Assembly: GCA_035262225.1 (NCBI GenBank)
Contig: DATFTE010000140.1
Location: 155 to 64,154, forward strand
Direction of reading: 5' to 3'
DNA: 64,000 nucleotides
Origin: Terriglobales bacterium
GTDB taxonomy: Bacteria > Acidobacteriota > Terriglobia > Terriglobales > Acidobacteriaceae
Shown: positions 8,873 through 18,096 of the stretch, in pieces
Layout: the number at the start of each line of letters is the position of its first letter
Numbering within the stretch: the stretch's first letter is position 1
Notes under the pieces: generated by a model
What the model was told of the DNA's origin: nothing
The model's input: only the letters and a program-made list of their open reading frames with translations
The model's database searches: none
Program-made: the position numbers and the translations under genes

Positions 8873-9298
8873 ATGCCAGAGAACAAGACCAAGGCGACGA
8901 ATGTCAGCGTCAGTGCGTACATCGAGGGGCTGACCGATGCGACGCGACGCTCTGAGGCGAGAGAATTGATTGAAGTTATGCAACGAGCTTCCGGCGAAAA
9001 GCCGAAACTCTGGGGACCATCCATTGTTGGCTTCGGCAGCTATCACTACAAGTATGATAGTGGCCGTGAAGGCGACATGCCGCTTATCAGCTTTTCACCG
9101 CGCAAGGCCGCGATGGTTCTGTACAGCATGCTGGCTCACGCCGAGGCCAAGGCTGTCTTGGCCAAACTCGGGAAACACACCACAGGCAAGGGCTGCCTCT
9201 ACATCAAAAAGCTTGCGGATGTAGATAAGACAGTCCTTGAGACACTCATCAAGAATGCGGTTACCCACCACCGCGATCGCACCAACGTGGCTTCTTAA
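8873..9298 (+). CDS. DUF1801 (YdhG-like) domain protein
   Basis: 141 aa. VSAYIEGL...RELIEVMQRASGEKPKLWGPSIVGFGSYHYKYDSGREGDMPLISFSPRKAAMVLY is typical of the DUF1801 family. Confidence 0.7.
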   Translation: MPENKTKATNVSVSAYIEGLTDATRRSEARELIEVMQRASGEKPKLWGPSIVGFGSYHYKYDSGREGDMPLISFSPRKAAMVLYSMLAHAEAKAVLAKLGKHTTGKGCLYIKKLADVDKTVLETLIKNAVTHHRDRTNVAS

Positions 9299-9741
9299 CG
9301 GGGCGCGCAGCCATTGATTAGCGAAACGGCGAGATTACGCCAATTACGAAGCTAAACTCTTTTGATTTTGCCCGTGCCAGCGCGAGATGAAGCGTCGCGC
9401 TCGCGAATGCGAGAGGATTAGCTAGCGTTTGAAGGAAATGAGATTCCCCATCCCTTGTTGGCGAGAGTCGCATTCCATAAGCACCAACCTCCACAAAGAA
9501 AGCGGCATCTTAAGCCTTCTCGAGATGATCGGCGGCGCTAATCCCACGCCGGCCGGCGCACGTCTGGGTGTTTTGCCAGTCACGAGGCAACTCTGGCGTG
9601 CCAGCATCGAGCCCTCATCCGGCCTTCGGCATTGAGGGGCGGATTCGATTTGGGGGAATTGAGACGGGCTTCGGCCTCCCCCAGATTGGGCCTTGCGGCC
9701 TCTCGTCACCTGGCGCCGAGGCAGAGCCAACCGGAGGGCCA

Positions 9742-9921
9742 ATGTCAGTCAAGCGAACTCAACTCGGGTTGTGGATTCCTCTGGTGTGTCTTATCGCAGG
9801 ATGTTCCTCGCGGCAGGAGGTTCCTTTCGGGGAGGTTCGCCCTGTGAAAACGATAGTAGTAGCTAGGGCCGATAAACCTCTCGTTCACGGGGCGAGGGTA
9901 TCCCATAGCGTTAAAGTATAG
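9742..9921 (+). pseudogene. remnant of efflux RND periplasmic adaptor (lipoprotein signal plus first strand only)
   Basis: MSVKRTQLGLWIPLVCLIAGCSSRQEVPFGEVRPVKTIVVA is a lipobox followed by the canonical start of HlyD/MFP adaptors. The frame stops after 59 aa, and no RND pump follows. Confidence 0.4.
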
Positions 9922-10015
9922 TTGACGAAATCTGGCGCCACTCATTGATAGGTGTTTAGCGCACCTGCCGGGCCTTAATCTCGGGCCGATCCACGCCGCC
10001 GCGGACTCCAGAACG

Positions 10016-11239
10016 CTAACTTTCCCGACCAGCGACAGCGCCTTCTGTCTGATCTTGGAGTGCTTTCCCACAACAGGGCCCGGGCGGAATCGGCGCGCCG
10101 TGGGGACAGGTCCTTGGGTGACCAAGAAAAGTGCAGATCTTGTCCGTGGCTTCGGGCGACAGGATGTGCTCGAACTTGCAGGCCTGCTGTTCGATTTCCG
10201 ACTCGCTGTCGAGCGCCAGGCTGTCAGTGAACAGCCGCTCGGCCAGTCGATGGCGGCGGATGATATCGGCCGCGCGCTGCCGCCCTCGGGCGGTCAATTC
10301 CACTATCATGCTGCCGTCGCCCACTGACACCCCCGCGGGTTTCAGAGCGTCATGGCAAGGGTTTACGAACGGCTTGTGTTGGTGCGCTTCGGGAGGATGC
10401 GGGATGGTGGCTACCAGCCCCATCTCGGTCATCTTCTCCACCGCGATGCTCACCGGCAGCGCGCCGTGCACTTCCATCAGACTGATCTCTGCAGGCTGAG
10501 CGTGTTCTTCGAGAACCCAGAGTTCTTCGAGGACCTCGTCAAACTGCTCCTCGTCAGCCATGGAGAAAACTTCCTGCGCCGCGATCTTGCCGTGATGCAA
10601 CTCGAGCCGGCGGTCGGCCAGGCGCGCCACGACGGGATCATGCGTCACCATGACAATGGTGCGTCCCTGGCGATGCAGTTCGCGCAGCAGGCGCAACACG
10701 ATTTCTTCATTCTGCGCATCCAGGTTTCCGGTGGGTTCGTCGGCCAGCACGATCTTCGGATCGTTGATCAAGGCGCGCGCGATCGAGACGCGCTGCTGCT
10801 CGCCGCCGGACAGCTGGGACGGCAGGTGGTGAGCGCGTTCTTTGAGTCCAACCCCGTCGAGCGCGGCCAGGGCTTCCTGCTCATCGGTCATGCTGTGAAA
10901 GTACTGCGCCAGCATGACGTTTTCAAGCGCCGTAAGGAAGGGAATGAGGTGGAACTGCTGAAACACGAAGCCGATTTTTTCCGCGCGCACGCGGTTCAAA
11001 TCCGATGCCGAGAGGCTGGCGACGTTCTGATTGTCCAGCCAGATTTCGCCGGAAGTTGGACGATCCAGGCACCCGATCAGGTTGACCAGCGTCGACTTAC
11101 CCGAGCCCGAGGGGCCCATGACGGCGACCCACTCGCCGGGATCGACCGTGAGAGTGAGATTGTCGAGGGCGCGGATGACGCCACCATTCTGCTCGGCCTG
11201 CGCGGGATAAAGTCGGCTGACAGCCTTGAGTTTGATCAT
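10016..11239 (-). CDS. ABC transporter ATP-binding protein (MacB/LolD type) fused to a DtxR/IdeR-like metal-sensor module
   Basis: The N-terminal part (about aa 1-225) carries [24 protein letters not shown] and VTHD. The C-terminal part (aa 231-385) carries [36 protein letters not shown] and [15 protein letters not shown]. The frame is continuous. Confidence 0.85.
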   Translation of the reverse strand: MIKLKAVSRLYPAQAEQNGGVIRALDNLTLTVDPGEWVAVMGPSGSGKSTLVNLIGCLDRPTSGEIWLDNQNVASLSASDLNRVRAEKIGFVFQQFHLIPFLTALENVMLAQYFHSMTDEQEALAALDGVGLKERAHHLPSQLSGGEQQRVSIARALINDPKIVLADEPTGNLDAQNEEIVLRLLRELHRQGRTIVMVTHDPVVARLADRRLELHHGKIAAQEVFSMADEEQFDEVLEELWVLEEHAQPAEISLMEVHGALPVSIAVEKMTEMGLVATIPHPPEAHQHKPFVNPCHDALKPAGVSVGDGSMIVELTARGRQRAADIIRRHRLAERLFTDSLALDSESEIEQQACKFEHILSPEATDKICTFLGHPRTCPHGAPIPPGPCCGKALQDQTEGAVAGRES

Positions 11240-11261
11240 CGCGTTCCCCGGAACTGGAACC

Positions 11262-12419
11262 TCACTCTCCCCTCAAGATCATAGCTGGTTCAACCCGCCG
11301 CAGCAGGGAAATCGGCAGGACCGCCGCCATCAGCGCCACCAGCATGCTGCCCGCCAGGATCGCCGGGAGAATGCTGAATCGCGGCACCACCGGAGCATGA
11401 AAGTTGACGCGCCCGATCCAGACGGCGACTCCCACACCAATCGCGAACCCCGGGAGCGCGCCGACCACGCCCATCGCAGCCGCTTCGGCGGCAAAGAATG
11501 CGTTGATCAGCCATTCCGAGGCACCCAGTGCCTTCATGATGGCAAAATCGCGGCGGCGGTCAAACACCCAGCCGATCAGCGTGGAAAGCACGCACAACGC
11601 CGCCGTCAGGATGATCAGCACCGCGGCCGCCAGCAGCGTGGCCCGCGTCTTTCCCAGTACCCGGGCTTCGCCTTCCATAATTTGCCGCACCGGCCGGACT
11701 TCGGTCGTGGGCAGAACTGCCGATAACTGCTTCATCGTGTCCGCCACCTCATCGGCCGACCCTGTCGCTGCGATCTCGATGGTTGAGGGTTCGACTCCGG
11801 TCCAATTCTCAAAATCACTCAACGAGAGATAGATGCGGCTGTCTTCATTGGCGCCGGTGCGCAGCGTCCCCGCGGGCTTGAGAGGAATCGAGCGCCCCTG
11901 GAAGCTGAGTTCGAACGGCGCCCCTTGTGGACTGACGACGGTGGCAGCCCGCACTCCCAGCAGCGCATCCTGCGCCGCTCTCGGCCAGTTGCTCACCGAC
12001 CACCAGTTGTCGAGTTTCCTGGCCTGCTCGAAGTCCGTTCCCGCGACGACCACCGACTGGCCGTCGGTGGTACGCGCGACCACATAGGCGAAAGGAACGG
12101 CCAGGCCGCGTCCGGCAAGCGTCGCCTGCACGGTGGAGAGGGCGTTCGCCGGCAGCGATTGACCATCTCTTGCCACCACCACAACGTTGGCGCCGTAGTT
12201 GCGAAATTCCTTCCGCAGCTTGGCCTGCACGTCCGCGTAAAGATTCAGCATTGCGGTGGCCACCGCAGCCGCTACCACCATGGCCACGAGCGCCGACGCC
12301 GCACGCCCCCGGCGCAGCAGGGCTGCCCGCACAAGCATGCGTACGAACATGGAAGTGTGCGGCGCATCCCCGCGGCGCCCAGCCACTGCCTGCGCCAGTT
12401 GGGAAGGATGGAAACTCAT
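11262..12419 (-). CDS. ABC transporter permease, FtsX/MacB-like
   Basis: TM1, then a large periplasmic domain, then three C-terminal TMs with MKALGASEWLINAFFAAEAAAMGVVGALPG. The ATGA overlap with the upstream permease stop (12416-12419) suggests translational coupling. Confidence 0.85.
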   Translation of the reverse strand: MSFHPSQLAQAVAGRRGDAPHTSMFVRMLVRAALLRRGRAASALVAMVVAAAVATAMLNLYADVQAKLRKEFRNYGANVVVVARDGQSLPANALSTVQATLAGRGLAVPFAYVVARTTDGQSVVVAGTDFEQARKLDNWWSVSNWPRAAQDALLGVRAATVVSPQGAPFELSFQGRSIPLKPAGTLRTGANEDSRIYLSLSDFENWTGVEPSTIEIAATGSADEVADTMKQLSAVLPTTEVRPVRQIMEGEARVLGKTRATLLAAAVLIILTAALCVLSTLIGWVFDRRRDFAIMKALGASEWLINAFFAAEAAAMGVVGALPGFAIGVGVAVWIGRVNFHAPVVPRFSILPAILAGSMLVALMAAVLPISLLRRVEPAMILRGE

Positions 12420-13669
12420 GCCTCCCCCTTCAGCGCGTAGACGGGATCGAATTTCACGGCGCGGCGAATTGCGGCTGCGCTGCCGGCAAAGGTGACGACC
12501 ACCGCGATCGCGAGAATGATCGGGAACAGCACCGGATCGATGGTGATCTGCGAATTGAAGATCGAGCGCCCGATCAGGCGGGCCAGAAACGCTCCCCCCA
12601 GAAAACCGACCAGCCCTCCCATCAGTGCCAGCAACACCGCCTCAGCGAAAAACAGCGCGGCAATCGAAGCGCTGCCGGCGCCCAGCGCCTTCATCAGTCC
12701 GACTTCCGCGCGCCGCTCGAAAATCGCAGTCGCCATAGCCGCCGACACCGCCAGGGCTGACGCCAGCAATGCCGCCAGCGTAACCAGAAGCATCAGGCCC
12801 TTGATCCGCGCGAGCACCGTGCCCTCGTTCTGCGCCACCTGTCGGATCTGCTCGGCATGGGAGTGGGGAATCGCCTCCTGCAACTGGTAGGCGATCGACT
12901 GCACATAAGGAGAGCAATACCAGCGGTCGAACATCTCCGGATTCATGCTCGCCGGATCGCGCCGCGCCAGGGCATCTTCCGGCTTGGTTAGGGCGCTCAC
13001 ATACACCCTGCGCACTGCGCCCGGCCTGCCCAGGATCTGCTGTGCCAGCGAAATCGGCGCAACCACTTCATCGTCTTCCGTGCCGCCGGCCGAGAGGATT
13101 CCTGTGACCAGGTAGTCGTTGCCGGAAATGCTGATCCGGTCTCCCGTCCTCTTGCCCAGCCTCGCCGCCAGCCGTTCCCCCACCAGAACATCCTGGGAAG
13201 TGTCATCCGGCCATGAGCCTTCGACCTTCCACCAGGGATGGGTTATGCGTACACCGGTAGTGAAATCTTCGGTGCCGAAACGGAGCCGCCTGGAAAAATA
13301 CGTTCCCAGCAGCGTGACCTCGGAGGAATCGAGATCCACATTTACCGGCAGCATGGGAGAAAAGCCCACGATGTTGTGCCGCCAGAAGGTGCCATGAATC
13401 TTCGGCAGATCGGCTTCGTTCAGGTAGGCGCCGTCGCTTGGCGGCTTGAGATCGACACCCCCAATCTCGAGGTCGAGTGTATCTTCCTGCGGAGTCACCA
13501 CCAGGTTCGCGCCGTAGCTACGCAGCTCGCGGCTGATCTTGTCGCCGATGTCGGTGGCCACCGCGATCATGGCTGTGGCCACGCCGACCCCTAGAGTGAT
13601 AGCGATCCCGGCCAGCAGCTTGCGCCGCTTCTGCCGCCGAAAGGATTCGTAAACCAGGCGAACGAACAT
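12416..13669 (-). CDS. ABC transporter permease, FtsX/MacB-like
   Basis: Same architecture as the downstream permease. FtsX motif region MKALGAGSASIAALFFAEAVLLALMGGLVG. Confidence 0.85.
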   Translation of the reverse strand: MFVRLVYESFRRQKRRKLLAGIAITLGVGVATAMIAVATDIGDKISRELRSYGANLVVTPQEDTLDLEIGGVDLKPPSDGAYLNEADLPKIHGTFWRHNIVGFSPMLPVNVDLDSSEVTLLGTYFSRRLRFGTEDFTTGVRITHPWWKVEGSWPDDTSQDVLVGERLAARLGKRTGDRISISGNDYLVTGILSAGGTEDDEVVAPISLAQQILGRPGAVRRVYVSALTKPEDALARRDPASMNPEMFDRWYCSPYVQSIAYQLQEAIPHSHAEQIRQVAQNEGTVLARIKGLMLLVTLAALLASALAVSAAMATAIFERRAEVGLMKALGAGSASIAALFFAEAVLLALMGGLVGFLGGAFLARLIGRSIFNSQITIDPVLFPIILAIAVVVTFAGSAAAIRRAVKFDPVYALKGEA

Positions 13670-13672
13670 GGC

Positions 13673-14920
13673 CTATGGTTGGAAGAGGCGAGCGCGCGCC
13701 GCCAAGTCCGCCTCCTTGATGATCACTGAATCCGAAGTCACCTCTGCAGCCAGGGGAATCGGATTGCAGCCCCCCGCCATGCCCACCGACTGCGGATTGA
13801 TCGGGGCCGCGCAGTTCTTGCACACCACCCCCTCCGGTCCCTTGTAGAAGCCCACCGCACCACAGATTTCGCAGGCGTCAAATACCGTGGCCAGCTTGCC
13901 GTCTGGTTTGCGGTACAGCCAGAAGCGCACCTCGGTACCGTTTTCGTTGGCGGCAAAGCGGTGCAGGTTGCCGTCAGAAACCTGGCCAAGGGGAAGGCTG
14001 ACCTGCCCGTTGACAAAGCTCACTTCGGTGGCGGGAGACAGCGCACTCACGCTCTTGGTGTAGATGAACTCGGCGGTCACCAGAACGATGAACAGGAACG
14101 AACTGGCGTAGAGGGAAGCCATCCACAACCGCTCGCGGCGCGCGCTCCACTGCGCCTTGCGGCGCTCCGCCGGAGAATCCGATGCCGGCACCGGTTCGCG
14201 CCGCTTAACCTCGAACAGCACCATCAGCGCCGCCAGCGCCAGGATGGTCACGAAGAAGAACATGTCGTTGCGCACAATCGGACCGATGATCGCCATCTCG
14301 CGCTTGGAGGAGGGAAGCACGCCGTTTTCAGAGAGCTCATGCAGTCCGGAGATGATCAGCTGCGCGGCGACAAAGAACAGGATCACTGTAGTGACGCGGA
14401 AGAATTTCTGCAGGTTGATGCGGACGCTGCCTTTGACGAACATCACGCCAAACAGAATCGCGACCACCACACCGAGGAGCGTTCCCATGAAACTCAACAG
14501 CTCGCTCGAGTTCAGCGAAACCGCCCCCAGGATCAGCACGGTCTCCACGCCCTCGCGCAACACCATCAGAAAAACGAAGAGGAACAACCCGAACCAGGCG
14601 TCCTCGCCCGCCAGCAACCCCACTTTCCCCTCAATCTGTCCTTTCAGTTTGCGGCCCGTTTTCATCATGAAAATGATCATGGTGACGACGAAGAAGGCCG
14701 CAGCCAACATCACCCAACCTTCGAAAATATCCTGGTTCCACTTGGTGCGAGAGAGCAGGACCGCGATCCCGATGCTGCCGACGAACGCCGAACCCAGGGC
14801 CGCGTAGACCGACTTTCTCAGGTCCGGGCGATTGATCTTGGCCAGATAGGCGAGGGTAATGCCCACGATCAGGGCGGCTTCGACCCCCTCGCGGAGGGTG
14901 ATGATGAAAGCCTGCAACAT
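13673..14920 (-). CDS. FTR1/EfeU-type iron permease fused to a DUF2318 Cys-rich domain
   Basis: Two REXXE motifs (REGVEAALIV, REGVETVLIL) sit in a polytopic N-terminal half. The C-terminal half has one TM plus DACEICGAVGFYKGPEGVVCKNCAAPINPQSVGMAGGCNPIPL. Confidence 0.85.
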   Translation of the reverse strand: MLQAFIITLREGVEAALIVGITLAYLAKINRPDLRKSVYAALGSAFVGSIGIAVLLSRTKWNQDIFEGWVMLAAAFFVVTMIIFMMKTGRKLKGQIEGKVGLLAGEDAWFGLFLFVFLMVLREGVETVLILGAVSLNSSELLSFMGTLLGVVVAILFGVMFVKGSVRINLQKFFRVTTVILFFVAAQLIISGLHELSENGVLPSSKREMAIIGPIVRNDMFFFVTILALAALMVLFEVKRREPVPASDSPAERRKAQWSARRERLWMASLYASSFLFIVLVTAEFIYTKSVSALSPATEVSFVNGQVSLPLGQVSDGNLHRFAANENGTEVRFWLYRKPDGKLATVFDACEICGAVGFYKGPEGVVCKNCAAPINPQSVGMAGGCNPIPLAAEVTSDSVIIKEADLAARARLFQP

Positions 14921-14944
14921 GCTAGAAATAAGCCTCGATAATTT

Positions 14945-14959
14945 TGAAAATGAATTTCA
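14945..14959 (-). promoter_or_regulatory. Fur-box-like 7-1-7 palindrome upstream of the iron uptake operon
   Basis: TGAAAAT-G-AATTTCA matches the 7-1-7 Fur consensus TGATAAT-N-ATTATCA at 11 of 14 positions. It lies 25 bp upstream of the FTR1 start, between a TTGAAA -35-like hexamer (14961-14966, minus strand) and an AT-rich -10 region. Confidence 0.45.
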
Positions 14960-15077
14960 CTTTCAACTATACAAGAATAGTCTGCAGCGGCGGCGAGCGT
15001 CAACGCGTCGAGTCACAGGTGGACGTGATTTGCATCACATGGGGATGTGGCAGGGTTGAACGGCATCGTCTGCTCCC

Positions 15078-15764
15078 TCAAAGTTGACGCAGAAACCGCT
15101 GCGCTTCCTCCAGCTGGGGGAATTGCTTTTCTTCGGCCTGGAACTCGGCCGAATGCACGCAGCGCCGGCTGCCCCGCAGCTTCACCGGATACTTTAGGTG
15201 CAGCATCTCGTGATAGACGATGTACTCGACCGCATATCGAGGAACGCAAGCATGGTCAAACACCCGGCTCACCACGATGGCATTGTGCGCGGGATCGTAA
15301 TGTCCCAGGCTGTTGCGGGCGTGGTCGCGGCTCCAGGTCATCTGCGGACGGGCCAGCAGGCCGTGAAAGAAGCGCAGGTTCAGATCGTCGAAAATCCGCT
15401 CGAGGTCGTAGACGTGCCCGCGGGCGGTATCGATCTGCTTGCGGCCGCGCATCTGGCGCACCAGGTGGGCCTTGGCCACGATGTCGTGGCTGGAGACGTA
15501 GCGCCGGTAGCGCGTGGAATGGCCGCGGTCAATCGATTTGCGGTACATCTTGGCCAGCAGGATGTGCGCGATGGCCCGCAGCACCGCCTCCGGCGCTCCT
15601 TCAAGTAGGTCCGAAAGCCGTACCAGCAACTTGCCCTCGCGCAGGCGAATAGTGTTATTGATGTTGGCGAAGGCGAAGAATTCCACCCTCAGTTCGGGCA
15701 GCGGCGCGCGGGGGCGCAACTCGCGGTAGGTTTCCTGGAAGACTTGGAGAAGCCGGGCGCTCAC
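15078..15764 (-). CDS. DUF45/YgjP-like (SprT-like) zinc metallopeptidase
   Basis: 228 aa. HExxH motif in YIVYHEMLHLKYP, followed by HSAEF, as in YgjP/DUF45 proteins. Confidence 0.6.
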   Translation of the reverse strand: MSARLLQVFQETYRELRPRAPLPELRVEFFAFANINNTIRLREGKLLVRLSDLLEGAPEAVLRAIAHILLAKMYRKSIDRGHSTRYRRYVSSHDIVAKAHLVRQMRGRKQIDTARGHVYDLERIFDDLNLRFFHGLLARPQMTWSRDHARNSLGHYDPAHNAIVVSRVFDHACVPRYAVEYIVYHEMLHLKYPVKLRGSRRCVHSAEFQAEEKQFPQLEEAQRFLRQL

Positions 15765-15805
15765 CTTAGGGTTAGCTTAGCACGAGGGCTCAACGGCAAA
15801 AGCGG

Positions 15806-16333
15806 TCATTGTTTGGCCGGCTTCTTGTGTTTGGCGGCTTCTTCCTGTTCCTCGAGTAACTGGCGGTGGTCCTGCGCGCTGCTATCGAGGGTATCGATCG
15901 TGTTGGCCAGCAGCAAGTCGTAGTCTTTAGCTTCCTCGGGAGTGGCGGAAGCCGATTCCTTCAGCGCGCGAAGCTTGGCCTGAAATTCAGTATCCGCCTC
16001 CAGGATGTTTTTCAGCGGCTTGCGCAGATCCGCCTTGCGATCCACGAAGGTGTCGATATTGTCATTCAGTTCGTCGTAGACGTCGAGAAAATCCTCCAGG
16101 CGGTCGTGGGTCTGCTGACCGCGGTCGGGTCCCTTGGCCTCGGCCCGCGCCTTGTCGAGTGCTTCCAGGCGGGCGCGCGCAAAGGTGACGTATAACTTCA
16201 GGCGAATTTCCGAATCCTGCGCTGCATCGCGCAGTTGATCGATCTCCATCGGGCTCAGCGGATCGTGGCGCCGTTGCGCCTGCGCCGCCGGCAACAATCC
16301 CAGCACAAGCACGCTGACCCACGCCCTCCTCAT
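15806..16333 (-). CDS. secreted alpha-helical protein, unknown function
   Basis: Signal peptide MRRAWVSVLVLGLLPAAQAQ. Charged helical body. ATGA overlap with the upstream gene (16330-16333). Confidence 0.6.
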   Translation of the reverse strand: MRRAWVSVLVLGLLPAAQAQRRHDPLSPMEIDQLRDAAQDSEIRLKLYVTFARARLEALDKARAEAKGPDRGQQTHDRLEDFLDVYDELNDNIDTFVDRKADLRKPLKNILEADTEFQAKLRALKESASATPEEAKDYDLLLANTIDTLDSSAQDHRQLLEEQEEAAKHKKPAKQ

Positions 16334-16773
16334 TTCACCCCCTTGCCAAACATGCGATCCAGCAGGTTGGTGCGCATGGCTTCCAGCCGTTCGATGGCGG
16401 CCTGAACCGGCGCCTGGTCTTCGAAGGCCAGGCTGCGTTTGATGTCGCGCAGTTTCTCCGCCATCTTCCGGACCGCGATTTCGGTGTTCTTGAGCTTCTT
16501 TCCGGTTTGCGAGGCAGCATCGGTCGCCTTCTGCGAATAGTTCACCACATCGGTGACCGCTGACCGGGCCTCGTCGACCTTGCCGTCGGTGTAAAGCTGA
16601 TCGGCGTTGTGCAGTTCGCGTTCGGCAATTTCCGTATACAACTGCGGCCGCTCCTCGGGGCGCGCCGATTCGGCGTGGGCAATCAGTTGCGGCAGCGATT
16701 CGTCTTTCGCAGCTGTTGCCGGCAGCAACGCCATAGTCATGACGAGGCTAGCGGTAATGGCCTTAAGTCGCAT
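16330..16773 (-). CDS. secreted alpha-helical protein, unknown function
   Basis: Signal peptide MRLKAITASLVMTMALLPATAA. Helical, charged. Lies 6 bp downstream of the TPR gene. Confidence 0.6.
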   Translation of the reverse strand: MRLKAITASLVMTMALLPATAAKDESLPQLIAHAESARPEERPQLYTEIAERELHNADQLYTDGKVDEARSAVTDVVNYSQKATDAASQTGKKLKNTEIAVRKMAEKLRDIKRSLAFEDQAPVQAAIERLEAMRTNLLDRMFGKGVK

Positions 16774-16779
16774 GACGAT

Positions 16780-18096
16780 TCATTTCTTCTGGGGCTCGAT
16801 GGCAATCAGACGATGACGCGCCTGCCATTCCTGATCGGGAAACTGCCCGTTCGCCACCTCCAGAAAGCGATGATAATTCTCCGACGCCTTCCGGTAGTCG
16901 CGTAAATGATCATATGCAGTGGCGCGCAAGAAATAGGCAACTGGCATTTCTGGCAGGTATTTCGCGCGCGTGTCGAGCGCCTGAATGGCGAGCGCGTAGT
17001 CCTTGTTCTGGTCGGCGGCTATCGCCAGCTGCCCCCAGGCTGACCCCAGATCGGGCTTCAGATGCAGGGCGATCGAGAATTCCTGCTGTGCTTGGGGAAA
17101 TTTCTTCTCCTTCAGGTATGCGTTGCCCAGCCCCTGATGCAACTCCGCATTTCCGGGATCGGCCTCGACGAGCGCCCGGTATTGCGCTTCCGCGAGATCA
17201 AACTTGCCCGCTCCTGCATAAAGGTCCGCCAGGTCGCGCTGCGCCGTCTTTTCACCGGGAGCGAGCTTCAACGCGGTTTCGAGCTCTGAGGCGGCGTCAT
17301 CGTTTTTTCCGGCTGCCGCCAGCATCCGTCCCAGTTGCAGGTGCGCGCCCGCATCGTCGGGTCGCAATGCCACCAGCTTTCTGAGCACCTCTTCCGCATC
17401 CGAGAAACGCTGCGCCCGCATGTCGATGTTCGCCAGCCCGGTAAGGGCATCAGTGGAGTTCGCATCCACCGCCAGCGCTTGCTGGTATTCCTCCTTCGCG
17501 TCGGCAAACCGATTCTGTTTTTCGAGCAACGCGCCGGCCGCGAGATGAGGCTCGGGATTCTTCGGTTCGAGCGCCGCGGCTTCCCGGTAGGCCTGAATAG
17601 CCTCTTCGGGCCTGGAAGGCGCCAGCACGTGAGCCAGCGACAGCCAGGCCCGCGCCTGTCCCTCTTCGACGTGGGCGGTGGGTTTGAGTTGGGTGGCGGC
17701 GCGAAGAAATTGCTCGGCCTGGGGCTGCCCACTCTTCGCCAGCATCAACCCCAGGTTCAGATTGGACTCGAAGCCCTGGGGATTGGCCGCTACCGCCTTG
17801 CGATAGGCGGCGATCGAATCGTCGGCCCGGCCCAGACTGTTGTAGACGAAACCCAGGTCGAACCACGCCGTGTAGTTGTTGGGATCGCGCTCCACTACTC
17901 TTTTCAACAGCGGTTCGGCCGCGGAATAGTCTTTCTTCTCGATCGCCGACTCGGCTTCGCTAAATTCCGGCGGCTGAGAGGCGTCTTCGACCGCAACTTT
18001 GTGATGGCGCACGGTCTGCCCGGAATTCTGCCCGTGAAGCACGCTCGGACCCAGCCCGAGAAGCAGAATCCCGATCAGCTGTTTAGGTGCGACCAT
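16780..18096 (-). CDS. secreted tetratricopeptide (TPR) repeat protein
   Basis: Signal peptide [22 protein letters not shown], then about 9 TPR units (AWFDLGFVYNSLGR, ...). The start overlaps the uvrA stop by 14 nt. Confidence 0.8.
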   Translation of the reverse strand: MVAPKQLIGILLLGLGPSVLHGQNSGQTVRHHKVAVEDASQPPEFSEAESAIEKKDYSAAEPLLKRVVERDPNNYTAWFDLGFVYNSLGRADDSIAAYRKAVAANPQGFESNLNLGLMLAKSGQPQAEQFLRAATQLKPTAHVEEGQARAWLSLAHVLAPSRPEEAIQAYREAAALEPKNPEPHLAAGALLEKQNRFADAKEEYQQALAVDANSTDALTGLANIDMRAQRFSDAEEVLRKLVALRPDDAGAHLQLGRMLAAAGKNDDAASELETALKLAPGEKTAQRDLADLYAGAGKFDLAEAQYRALVEADPGNAELHQGLGNAYLKEKKFPQAQQEFSIALHLKPDLGSAWGQLAIAADQNKDYALAIQALDTRAKYLPEMPVAYFLRATAYDHLRDYRKASENYHRFLEVANGQFPDQEWQARHRLIAIEPQKK

